In this document: positions 1 to 10,748 of the stretch, piece after piece
Layout: each line of letters begins with the position of its first letter
How positions within the stretch are numbered: the stretch's first letter is position 1
NCBI GenBank assembly: GCA_047495785.1
Contig: JBLDXI010000003.1
Location: 3,100,001-3,164,000, forward strand
From: Lepidodermella squamata
Lineage: Eukaryota; Animalia; Gastrotricha
Direction: 5' to 3'
Length of the DNA: 64,000 nt
Notes under the pieces: generated by a model
Told to the model about the DNA's origin: nothing
Seen by the model: only the letters and a program-made list of their open reading frames with translations
Database searches by the model: none
Program-made: the position numbers and the translations under genes

Positions 1-29
1 CTAAAAAAATGTAGCAAGAAATAACTCAC

Positions 30-2647
30 CGCAAACCGGTGTTGGAACCGACCACCTGCCATCATCCCGGCAAGTTACCGTCGCCATATTATCGACCAAG
101 TTGTAACCCGAATCACAGGCGTAGACCAGGGCGTCACCGGCAGTTGGCCGGGCGCCAAGATAGCGCCGTTGCGAAACAAAGCCGTTTCGAACAACCGGCT
201 CAGAGTCGCAATATTTGACTGTTGCGATGCATTCGGGCAATCTAGACCAGGTCCCATCTGATTGGCAAACTGCGGTTGATAGTTCGCGGTATAATTCGTA
301 ACCAGCGTTACAGGTAAATGTCGCGACTGCGCCAACTTCCGGCCTCGATCCCGACCATTGCCGTCGGGTTAGTAACCCGTTCCGGATCATTGGATCCGGG
401 TCGCAATATTTTGGTAGGGAGATGCATTCGGGTAAACTCGACCATTTCCCATCTGATTGGCAGGTAGCAGTTGCCCGGTCTTGGTATAACTGGAAGCCGG
501 GGTTGCAATTGAAGGTCGCAATCGCCCCCACCCCAGGCTGTGAGCCAGTCCATTGACGTGTGACGAGTTTCCCGTTACCAATCCAAGGTTCCGGGTCGCA
601 GTATTTCGGGGCGATCGCGACACATTCGGGCAAAACTGACCAAGTTCCATCTGACTGGCAAGTTGCAGTTGATTCTCCTCGGTAGAGTTCGAACCCAGAG
701 TTACATCTGAACCTGGCTACGTCACCTGGGCCAGTTTGGGACCCAGACCATTGCCTGGTTTCTATTATTCCGTTTCGAATCACGGGGTCGGGTTGACACA
801 ATTTCCGACTTGGGACACATTCAGGCAAAACAGACCAAGTTCCATCCGATTGGCACGTCGCTGTTGATTCGCCTCGGTATAGCTCGAAGCCAGGGTCACA
901 TTTGAACCTAGCTACGTCACCTGGACCAGGTTGAGATCCGGACCATCGCCTAGTTTCTATGATCCCGTTTCGAATCACAGGTTCGGGTTGGCATGACTTC
1001 CGACTTGGGACGCATTCAGGCGATCTCGACCATTTGCCATCGGGCTGGCAAGTCGCCGTTGAAATGCCGTCTCGAAATTCGAAACCAGGCGCACAGGAGT
1101 AGTTCGCAACTGCGCCGATTTCCGGTAAAGTCCAGGACCAACGCCGTGAGCATAAAATTCCGTTCGGTATTTCTGGCTCCGGCCCGCATGACGGTGTGAC
1201 TTTCACGCATCTTGGAACCGGGGTTGACCATTGGCCATTACTACGGCAGTTAATTCGACCGGCTTTTGGGTTTTCGAGTTCGTAACCCGGGTTACACGTG
1301 TAGGTGGCAGAGTCGCCGATTTCGGGATCGTCTTCTCCACTCGATAACCGATATCGGCTATTTGGTACTGAGGGAAGTTGGGCGCATGTCGTTTTCGGAG
1401 GCTGAGGCTTTACTGCTGGCTGAGGTTTCGGCGGTGGAGCTGGATCTCCGGCAGCTATGAAATTTGCAAGCAAAATTTTAGGAAAATTAAACAAGAAATG
1501 ACATACGGATGCAAACTGGTAGAGCGCTCCAGATGGCATCAGGCTGGCAAACGATGAACATATTTTCCACCATGTTGTAGCCGGAATCGCATTCATAAAC
1601 TAATTAATGATAATGTACACAAAAATCGTGAAAATTAAAATTAAAATTATTTTACCAATAAAATCGCCTGCCGTGTTCCGGTCGACTGCCGATCCTGTGA
1701 CGGCTCGAGCATTCCTCACTTTAGGAGGTGCGCCACAAGACAAAGACCGATCAACTACAATTTAAAAAATTAGCAAAATATTACTAAGAAAATTCAAGAA
1801 AATTAAAATTATAAATTATCCAAATTGAAAATTATTTAAATTTTAAAATTTAATATAAATTCTAGCTCATTTGTTTTACCTTCAGGTGAAACTTTGGCGA
1901 TAAGAGCCGGAATTCTAGATTGAACCGTAACACCCAGTTCGATCGCATAGCGGAGCTCCTGAACTTGGCGAATATCAGGCAGCGATAGGAAACCAACATA
2001 GGTCGGAAAAGTTTCACTTCCACGCGTGTAATTAGTCTGGTATGGCACCACAGTTTCGCTTTCAACCGCATCCCAAAAATCGTAGAAAATTCCAAATACA
2101 TGGAATGTCTCTACGCGTAGCCTAAATAAAAAGTATTTTATTATAGAGAGAAATCCCAGATTTTTCTGATTTTCCTTACGGAGGTTTCCAGCCAGAATTT
2201 GAAGCAAGTTGAACAGTTTGCCAGCCAACTTTCGTCGGATCTGGAACGGCGACTTTAACGTAATTTACCAGACGAAATGAGCCTCTTCTCAAGGTTATCG
2301 GCTCGAATATTGCAAAGTAGAAAGATTTCGATGCCGCAGGAGCATGGTTGATGAACGTGACTGTTCTCAAGATGCCGCCACATGGTGACCTCATCCAGGC
2401 GAAAATCTGTAGTATGCTCGATCGCTCGTTAAATTTTTCGCCGATTGTTGGCGCGTACACCTGGCCAAGTTGACAGCCACCAACTAATTTTAGAAAAAAT
2501 AAAAAATAAACATTAAAATAATTAATAAATGAATAAATTTATTATTTGGTCGAATCAAGTACCATTTCTCAAATCTCTGTCGTCCTCTCCGTTCGCGGCA
2601 ATAGTAAAAATCACGCAAAAGACCCAGAAAACGAGTTTAAATCTCAT
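30..2647 (-). CDS. Secreted Sushi/CCP-repeat protein A: signal peptide, unrecognised ~170-aa domain, at least 8 CCP domains; 3' end runs off the window
   Basis: ATG 2647 gives MRFKLVFWVFCVIFTIAANG (signal peptide). GT-AG exons approx. 2647-2563, 2483-2180, 2121-1880, 1754-1656, 1599-1509, 1454-30 join in frame. Repeated C-x2-P..NG...(F/Y)xCxxG(F/Y)...C..DG.WS..P.C Sushi pattern. Confidence 0.9.
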
Positions 2648-3079
2648 TCCTAAAATCGAAAAATGATTTAACAGCTATGATTAATTGACGAAAATCTCGA
2701 AATTATTATTTCAATTAATGTTAATATAACAGAATTGCCCTAAGTTTGTTATTCTATTCAACTACGCCGAGACTGGATTGATGCCGAGGCTATTCATGTT
2801 GCCAGGTTTTGCTTCTTTTCAAATGTCCCTCAGTACCAAAGAAAATCACAGGACATTTCTGGTGCGTCCCGCGTAAATAAGCCTCCATCAGGACATTATC
2901 CAGGACTGAAATGATAAACAGCACCGAAAAAAGCAATCAACAAGCTCTAGGTATTCTTTATTTTACTACTTTTATATGGGAATAAACACGCCAAACCGGT
3001 TTCGTCTGTAGAAAGAAGTTCAAAATGTTAAGGAAGCATTATTAGTTTCGAAGAAATTCCTTATTCTAAATGATTTTTT

Positions 3080-5510
3080 TCACCAGAATTGTCGAACGCA
3101 TTGAGGCGTCGGAGTGGACCATTTGCCGGTGATGTGATGGCACGAAATTGTGACAACGTTGTTGAGGGGTCGGTATCCCGGGTAGCATTTGAAGGTGACA
3201 GCGTCGCCCAATTCCGGATAGGCCTCGCCATCACTCGTGAAGCCCATCACCATAGACCAAACAGCGGCGTTGGCAATTCTCGGCAGCGGGTCGCAGCGAT
3301 CAGCCTGCGGGTCTTCGTAGTCCATTTGCCGGCGTTTCGTTGTAGTCGGCATGGGCGGATCCGTCGGCCAGGCCCAGATTTTGTTGCTCGGCAGCGAGAT
3401 GACAATATTTTTCGTAGTTGTGGACGTAGTTGTCGATGGGGTGGTTGGAACTAAATCTTGTCTGGACGGATCTCTTAGGAAGCCGTGGAGAGCTTTTCAA
3501 TAAAAACTTTTAAAATTTTTAAACTATTTTTTTTTATAAAATTACGTTGGCAAGTGGGTGGCGTGGTCCAACGCGAGCTGGTTTGACAGACTGAGAATGT
3601 AATTTGGGTGATTACATAGCCGGGATCGCAGCGATAGTCTAAATATAGGGGGAATCTTCAATATGTTTCGTTTGATTGCTGAACAAAATTTCTTACAGAC
3701 TATGGTACCAACTTCGTTTCTTGAAATTGATCCTGAAAGAGCTTGGCCGTTGGGGACGACAGGCGGAACACCGCAGTACAGTGACTGCTCAACTAGAGAA
3801 AATAAAACACAAGTATATTGCAGCGTGTCCCAGAAGTTACGCAACTATTGTTTAATTTGTCACATTTTTGCAGGAAACTTAAAGAATTTTTCTAAATTAA
3901 ACCTACCGAGAGAATATTCCATCTTTAATCCGAGGTTTAACAAAAGAAATAAAAAATGGAGAAAACCCGGAAAACCCCGACGGTAACTGGTTCGGTAATT
4001 TTCGGTATTTTACCCGGTTGGACCAAATTTATCCGGACTTATTTAATTCCATTAACAAGATTAACAAGTGACATACTTGATATCTATTTTCGCGATTTTT
4101 TGAATTTTTCTAAAATTTGTCTGGCCATGAGATGAGGGTCGAGGCGCGAATCTCTCGATTTTTGAACGAATTATTACCACAGATTTTGAGCAAATATCAG
4201 ACTTTTCATGCCAAAATTATGGTAAAATATACCGTTATGAAGATATTCAGAAACCAAGTTTCCACAATCTAAAATTAAGCTGGATTTTCTAGGCAGATTT
4301 GTTTATTCTGGTTGCCAACTTCTGAAGCTCACCTTGAAACCTAAACAGATTAGCAACCTAACTTTATTTTACACGAAAGTGATAACCTCTGGCAATTTCA
4401 GGTGACCAGCCTTCTTAGCCAGGAAAAAATGAAAAACGCCCATACCCGTAGGCTGGCTGGAAAGTTTACGTGTGTCAACCGGTACTGAAAATTGGGGAGA
4501 ATACAGCAAAAGCTTTTAGTTTACACAAAGCCATGTTTTTCGGGTCTAGAAAATCAGTAAAAAATTATAAAAAAAAATTGAAATTGGCTGTGAACAATTT
4601 TTGGAATTTTCAAATTCCGCCTCGATTTTAGAAAAATGGCTCAAGGTATGGGTAAATTTGTATATTACCGGGGTGTTAAGTTTGGACACCTCATTAGCGC
4701 ACACGCGCTCATTAGAATACTCCGCCCTAATTTCGGAGATTTTTTGGGTGGTTTCTACCAACCAGGGGAATTTTTGAAAATAAAAATACGGCGAATACGG
4801 GATTCTATGTATAGGAGTTCTTGGGCTATCGAATGCCGGTATCCGCAAGTCCGGAAGATTTTACCTTGATTTGTGGCTAATTTGTTAGTCACCCAGACAC
4901 GTTGGAATAAGGTAACAGGGTGTTCTAATTTCGGCCACCTCATCCAATTACACTAATACCTTAAGTTTGGTATCGCTGGATTCGTCTTGATAGGCTGAAT
5001 TTGGAAATCGCCTCTGTTGCTTTACCTGTGTGCTTTTCTTAGAAGACCTGATGCATGAACCTGTTTTCTTACGGTAAAAAGCGCTTGCGGATACGACGTT
5101 AGCCCGTTAGTGAATCTTCGCGCCCATATAAAATGAGAACTTGGTGTCCAAATTTTGAATTTAGGACGGAGTACTCTAATTACTGGGATGTTCATATTTC
5201 TTGATAAACCCAGGTCATGATTTTGATCAAAATTCAGGTATGAAAAGGCCGGCCACTCACGTTCATTAGTGATTTTCGAAACTAGGCTACGAATTACACC
5301 GTTCTGATTTTGATTCTGTCCCACTTGCGAGTCCTGTTGCGGGCCGCCGTAGTACGGAATGTTGTTGAAAGTAGGCAAACTAGGCATTCTATCGCCCCAT
5401 AGGTTGCCGAACCAGTACTGGTTGTCATTGTCATTGTTCTTGCTCTGAGCTGATACGCCATCAATCGAAAAAGCAACGAAAACAGCCAATACCACAATGT
5501 AGCACGCCAT
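3080..5510 (-). CDS. Small secreted protein: Asn/Gln-rich leader, two Sushi/CCP domains separated by a Thr/Pro-rich linker
   Basis: ATG 5510 MACYIVVLAVFVAFSIDGVSA signal peptide. Downstream exons encode YCGVPPVVPNG..YYRCDPGY..CQTSSRWTTPPTC and RCDPLPRIANA..FKCYPGY..WSTPTPQC, stop at 3080. The exon-1 donor (~5300) is weak, so linkage of exon 1 is less certain. Confidence 0.7.
3821..4037. repeat. DNA-transposon terminal fragment (family X), inverted homologue of 63610-63843
   Basis: cagcgtgtcccaga...acctaccgagagaatatt...ggtaactggttcggtaattttcggtattttacccggttggac matches the reverse complement of 63610-63843. Confidence 0.7.
4690..4998. repeat. Interspersed repeat (family Y), inverted relative to 54555-54845; partial third copy at 13773-13884
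   Basis: gctatcgaatgccg..ccgcaagtccgga.gattttaccttgattt.tggctaattt.ttagtcacccagacac..ctaatttcggccacctcatcca..tacactaatacc.taagtttggtatcg is the reverse complement of the 54.6-kb copy. Confidence 0.75.
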
Positions 5511-6773
5511 TTTCTTCAGCAATGAAGGTTCAGTACGCTTTTCTGTATTAGCTGTATATACCTATTCTGCTAGAATTTATACCACTGACTTTTTGCTCTT
5601 TGATCTCTGAAAGCTCTGAAAATTGCAGGTTAAGCTGACCTACTATCGCCACTGGTCAATAGCCGCAGCCACTTGTTGCATGGAGACGTCAAAATTACAT
5701 ACTCGCCACCGGCAGCGCGTCTTATTTGTTCCAACTACACACACGAGCGCGCCCGATTATCAACGCACCAGCGCGCCCATGTGAAAGGCGAGCATTCACC
5801 GCAGCAAGAAAACGACGGTGGCTGAACAGAGATTACACGAAAAACCTAAATTCATTGACTAAAAGTTGAAATTTCCTAGCGATAAATGTCCGTTTATATT
5901 CTCAATAGATTTCTCGAAATAATGAGATTTTTGTGCTCAATCATATTGTTTCTTCTCAAGTTTTTCCTGCGTTCGACAACGAAAAGTAGGACTAGAAATT
6001 AAACCGCGATAACCAAAATATAAAATCGATCACATCGAAAAAATCGAACTAAAAACTGTTATCGGCTACGAAATCGATTATCGATTATCGGAAATCACTT
6101 TAATGTTGAGCTGAAAAACAAATTCAAGGTCTTTCACTGCCGAGATCTGATATGGTGCGAATTTATTGATGATTTCAATTGATCAATTGAAGCTGATTTT
6201 ATTGATTATTGGAAATCGCTCTGATTGATATCATCAAAAATATATTGTACAATAAAACACTAATTCCTTATTATTCTAACTCTAATTATTAAACTCTATA
6301 GTCTGTGCATTGAGATGAAATCAGCCTGTCGATCATGCGTTCATTGAAAATGTTCTGAATCAATAACTTCGAACACCATCAGCAGCTTGGCGTAGTATCA
6401 CCACCAATCTAATCGAGTTTTCTGTTGATCTGATCAAGCCGAAAATAAATATTGCCAGTATTAACCTCAGAGATTGTGATGATTGGGAGCAGTAGGTCGC
6501 TAGAAAACTCGAAAACTCGATTTTATGATTATGCAGCAGATTATTTGGTATGAATCAGAAAATTAAAAATTAGCATCAATTTGTTTTCTTCCGGTCGCAA
6601 TAATCAGGTCGTTTGTGATGACATTTTAAAACCATCGATTAAGGTGGGTGCAAGGGTTTCCAGGTTAAATTTTCTGGTTGAAAATTGGAACGAGACAAGC
6701 TCGCGATTTCGGTAAAAAAAACAAGCACGTGGAGAAATTAAATGGAGTTGCATAACAGCCCTACCTACCGGCC

Positions 6774-6781
6774 TATATAAA
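6774..6781 (+). promoter_or_regulatory. TATA box of cationic gene type 1
   Basis: TATATAAA ~90 nt upstream of ATG 6869. Confidence 0.6.
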
Positions 6782-6868
6782 CTGCGCTCAGTAAAATCAT
6801 TTTCATCAAGCGTCTTCTATTGTATTCTCAATTCATCAAGTGAATATATTTTCCGAAACTAAGTGAAC

Positions 6869-7539
6869 ATGCGTGCTATTTTGGTTGTGGCCGTTGTCGC
6901 CCTCTTCTGCATCAGTAATATCCTGAAATTCGCATCCTACTTTCAAAAATTGTTTTCACTCATTTAGTCGCCACCTCGGCGAACCTTGGCAAGCGTGGAC
7001 GTGGTGGCAACAATGTTTCCGCCTCGGTGAACAAGCGCTCTGCTTCCGCCTCGGCCGGTGACAACCGTCGTGGTGGTCGCTTCTTCGGCCGCAAGGGTCG
7101 TCGCGGCAACTTCGCCTCTGCCTCGGTCAACCGCCGCTCCGCCTCAGCTTCTGCCGGCAACAACCGCGGCCGTCGCGGCTTCTTCGGTCGCCGTCGCGGT
7201 GGCAACTACGCCTCGGCCTCCGTCAACAAGAACTCCGCCTCGGCGAGTGCTGGTGACAACCGTGGTCGCCGTGGCCACTTCATCGGCCGCCGTGGCTCCC
7301 GCTCGTCCCTGTCTGGTTCCTTCCGCGGCCGTCGCCACGGACGCGGTTTCTATGGCCGTCGCCATGGTGGTCGCTTCGGTCGCCGCGGTTTCGGATACGG
7401 CCGTCACGGTCGTCGTGGATTCTACGGCCGTGGTCGCCATGGCTACGGCTACGGTCGCTTCGGCCACCGTGGATTCTACAGCGGCTCGTCCTCGTCCGGC
7501 GACTTCTACGGCCGTCGCAATGGCTGGTTCTGGCATTAG
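6869..7539 (+). CDS. Secreted Arg/Gly/aromatic-rich cationic protein, type 1 copy a (205 aa)
   Basis: Exon 1 6869-6914 MRAILVVAVVALFCI, phase-1 intron 6915-6967, exon 2 6968-7539. Three ASASVNxxSASASAG repeats plus GRRGFYG-like repeats. Strong C/G third-position bias; near-identical paralogue at 43201-43876. Confidence 0.9.
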
Positions 7540-7678
7540 ACGTACTCTTGAAAGAACTTATTTGCTCAAGTTTCGATTTTACGTCGAAATGTTAAATCTA
7601 TTTATTCAGAGGGTTGCAAATAAGAGCGTAATCTATGAGCAATTTCTCTTTCAATTAGATATTCTTTAATCTAAAATA

Positions 7679-8754
7679 ATGCGAACTGTCCTGGTTTTGG
7701 CAATCATCGCTCTGGGCTGCATTGGTAAGTCTTCACAGTTATTCTCTTCGGCTAAATTCATAAACAATTTCTTTTAGCCCTCAGCTCAGCTGGCGGCTAC
7801 GGTGGCCGCAAAGGCAAGGGTGGCCGCCGTGCCTCTTTCTCCGCCTCGGTCGACCAACGCGACACCTACGACCGCAAGTCGGCCTCTGCTGAGCAAGAGA
7901 ACGGTGCCGTCGACTACGCCTCTGCCGATGCCTCTCACAACAAGCGAACCAGCGACAAGCGCAAGCTGATCAAGACCCGATCGGCCAGCGCAGAACGCGC
8001 CTCGGCAAACTACGAATCTGCTGGCAAGCGTGACTCCGCCTACGACCAGAAGAAGTCCAAGGCCGGCAGCAAGCGCCGTGGTCGCAAGATCCGTGAAAGC
8101 GCCGAGGCCGCCCAAGCCCAGCACGCCAACGCCTACGCCGACTCTGGCGCCGCCGCCGCTGCCCAGAAGCACCGCCGCAACAAGAAGCACGGCCGTGCTG
8201 ACCACAAGCGCAAGGCTGCTTTCCACAAGGACCAGGCCCGCGACAAGAAGGGCGAGGTTATCGAGTTCAAGAAGAAGACCTTCGCCGACAAGGGCCACAA
8301 CAAGGTCAACAAGTTCAGCTACGAATCCGGTGCCAAGAACTTCGGTGCCTACGACTCAGACGGTGCTGCCGCTACTACCAGCCGCAAAAAGACCGCCAAG
8401 AAGGCCCATGGCAAGAAGTCCCGCAAGGCCCACTCTGCTGCTTACGCTTCCCGCGACTCGAAGGCCTCGGCCGCTGCTGCCTCGAAGAAGGCGAAGCGCA
8501 ACAAGGCCCACCACCGCCGCGCCTCGGCCTCCGTCGCCCGTGACTCGCGCAACTCCCGCAAGTACAAGGCCAGCAGCAAGAAGACCTCCGTCTCCGACTC
8601 TGCCCACACCCGCAAGGCTGGAGCCAAGTATGGCCGCAAACGCGCCAATGCCTCGGCTGAGCGTGCTACCCACGACTTCCGTGCAGGTGTCTCTGCTAGC
8701 TATCGCGATGGTGGCTATGGCAAGAAGGGCGGCAAGCATGGCTACTACTATTAA
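7679..8754 (+). CDS. Secreted Lys/Arg/Ala/Ser/His-rich cationic protein, type 2 copy a (340 aa); not present in the ORF track
   Basis: Exon 1 7679-7724 MRTVLVLAIIALGCI, intron 7725-7777 (gtaagt..ttttag), exon 2 7778-8754 open: ALSSAGGYGGRKGKGGRRASFSASVDQRD...KKGEVIEFKKKTFADKGHNKVNKFSYESG...GGKHGYYY*. Paralogue at 41926-43062. Confidence 0.9.
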
Positions 8755-9407
8755 AAACTTTGATATGAGTTGATGCGTCAGATTTCGAGATTTTCTGCGC
8801 GTTGCAGTGATGACGTTACATTATTTATTTCAAGTAATCATCGAAATGCCAATTCCAAATAAAGAGCATCAAGTTTTCATCCATAATTGTTTGCTTTTTC
8901 ATATGCGCAGCAAACAGGTTTATATATCCACAGGCCATTGGGTATCGAGAGGTCATCTAAACATTTCGGTGTATACCATCAAATGTACTTCGAAACAGTT
9001 CGAAACTTGAACCAGAGACGCCACCCCAGCAGTTCCCTTTAACCTCGTAGAGCGGCCCGAGGAAACCACCGCAGATCGGTGTACTTTTTAAAACGACCTC
9101 TGGCAAAGCCAACCGAGTTAGAACAATGACATATATCCGCCAACAAATTCGCAAGTAAAGCCCATTAAAAATGTTTCGCAAATTATCACCCACAAGGATA
9201 CCCATGGGTCCTTTAGTAGAGTGCCGTTTCTGGTATTTATGAGCTGGAAATTGTGATTGGGAACATATAGCTAACATAAAGTGCTCCGTAAGGGCTGTTA
9301 AAGAGTGAGCGATGAATCATGAGTGAATAGCCTAGTTTTTTGTCAGTAGTAACTCAGTAACAAGGCGAAATTTCATTTTCCTATCCTGCTAGTCCTATAA
9401 TATCGCA

Positions 9408-10746
9408 ATGCTGGCATTCAGGCCTATATTCTACAGCATGAAACTTGTAGGTTTAGCCCCTAACTGGTCAATGCTGTCAAGTGGCTTCTCGGACAAAAAT
9501 GACTATACATCAAATCACGGAGCTTCATTTAAAATTTACCATGCCTACTGCTATCTGTTGGTTGTGCTAGGCTGGTGCAATGTTTTCAGGATATTGGCTT
9601 CCTTTTACTGGATCGTAGACGATGCAACACTTTCAAGCATTATGCACCTTTTCAGTATAAGCGCTCTCTATGTGGCAAGTGCTGCTACTAGAACCGCTCT
9701 GGTTCGCGGATCGCTGCGACTTAAACTGCAGCTTCACGCCTCAGAACACGGAGCTTCCGAAGACTATGGGATAACTCTACTATCCTCATTTCGAACAAAA
9801 CGAAGCGTCATGTTCCTAGTTTGCTTCATTGGAGCGTGGTCTATCTATCTAACAAACACAGCCCTGCTATGCACTGCATTGGTAGTGAAACGGGAACAAG
9901 TCTACGGCTGGGCTAATCCGATAGACAGAATTTTGCCGCTAAACGATACGATTTCCGATCAGTATTTAGTTTCTGGATTCGTAGCTATGGCTTTCGTGTC
10001 TGATATAGCTGTCTGTCACGGTTTGATGTTGTGCGGAGGCCTAACCATCAATTTAGCGTGGAAATTCCAACTTTTAGCCGATTGGATCTCAGAAAAGACG
10101 AAAACAGATATTCCAGCTTGGCAAGAAGACTCTATGCTAGATCAAGAAGATTCTCTGCTAGATTTTATAACTAAACAATGCCGTTTATTGAAGAGGGATG
10201 CTGATGATTTGGACAAAACACTAGGACCAGCTACCGTCACCCTTTGCTCCTTCGGCTTCGTAGCTACGTTAGTACACCTTCACCAGACGATTGAGGCTAA
10301 AGGGACGATGATGGTATATTTCGAGGCGACTTGGACTTTTTTCTCGTCTTGCTGCCTTTTGGCCGCTTTACTTCCGTCTGCCTATCTCGAACACTGCGCC
10401 GAGGAAGTTGCCAAGAATGTGAAACGTTTGAATTTCCAATCGACCGCAAATTCGACTATAATCAAGGTTAGCATGATCCGTTAATTGAATACAGCTAATT
10501 TATTTACTGGCTTTCAAGCTTACGTTACTGACGAATGAGCTAAGTGGCGAGCCTGTAGCGTTGAGTCTTTTTGAAATGGCTCATTTGCGCAGGAAGACTG
10601 TCATCGAGCTGTTCGCGGCTATGTTGACGTATTTTCTGATTCTGATCGACTATACGTCAAATGATAACAGCAGAAAAGCTGTTGCTGCAAGTAGCGAAGG
10701 CCAGAATTCTATATCAAATAACAACACATTCAATGCAACACAATGA
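9408..10746 (+). CDS. Gustatory receptor-like 7TM chemoreceptor (GR/GRL, 7tm_7 superfamily)
   Basis: 358-aa hydrophobic exon plus phase-0 intron (~10467-10518) and a final exon LTLLTNELSGEPVALSLFEMAHLRRKTVIELFAAMLTYFLILIDY, matching the GR C-terminal TYhhhhhQF region. Confidence 0.8.
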
Positions 10747-10748
10747 GA

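Noticed and set aside
6960-8773. Long alternative-frame and antisense ORFs (7058-7669, 7144-7536, 7786-8298, 8030-8773, 8356-8739)
   Set aside because: By-products of GC-rich, codon-biased repetitive coding sequence; only the frames joined to signal-peptide exons have splice support.
8957-9277. 106-aa minus-strand ORF between type-2 gene and the GR-like gene
   Set aside because: No recognisable motif, paralogue or splice support.
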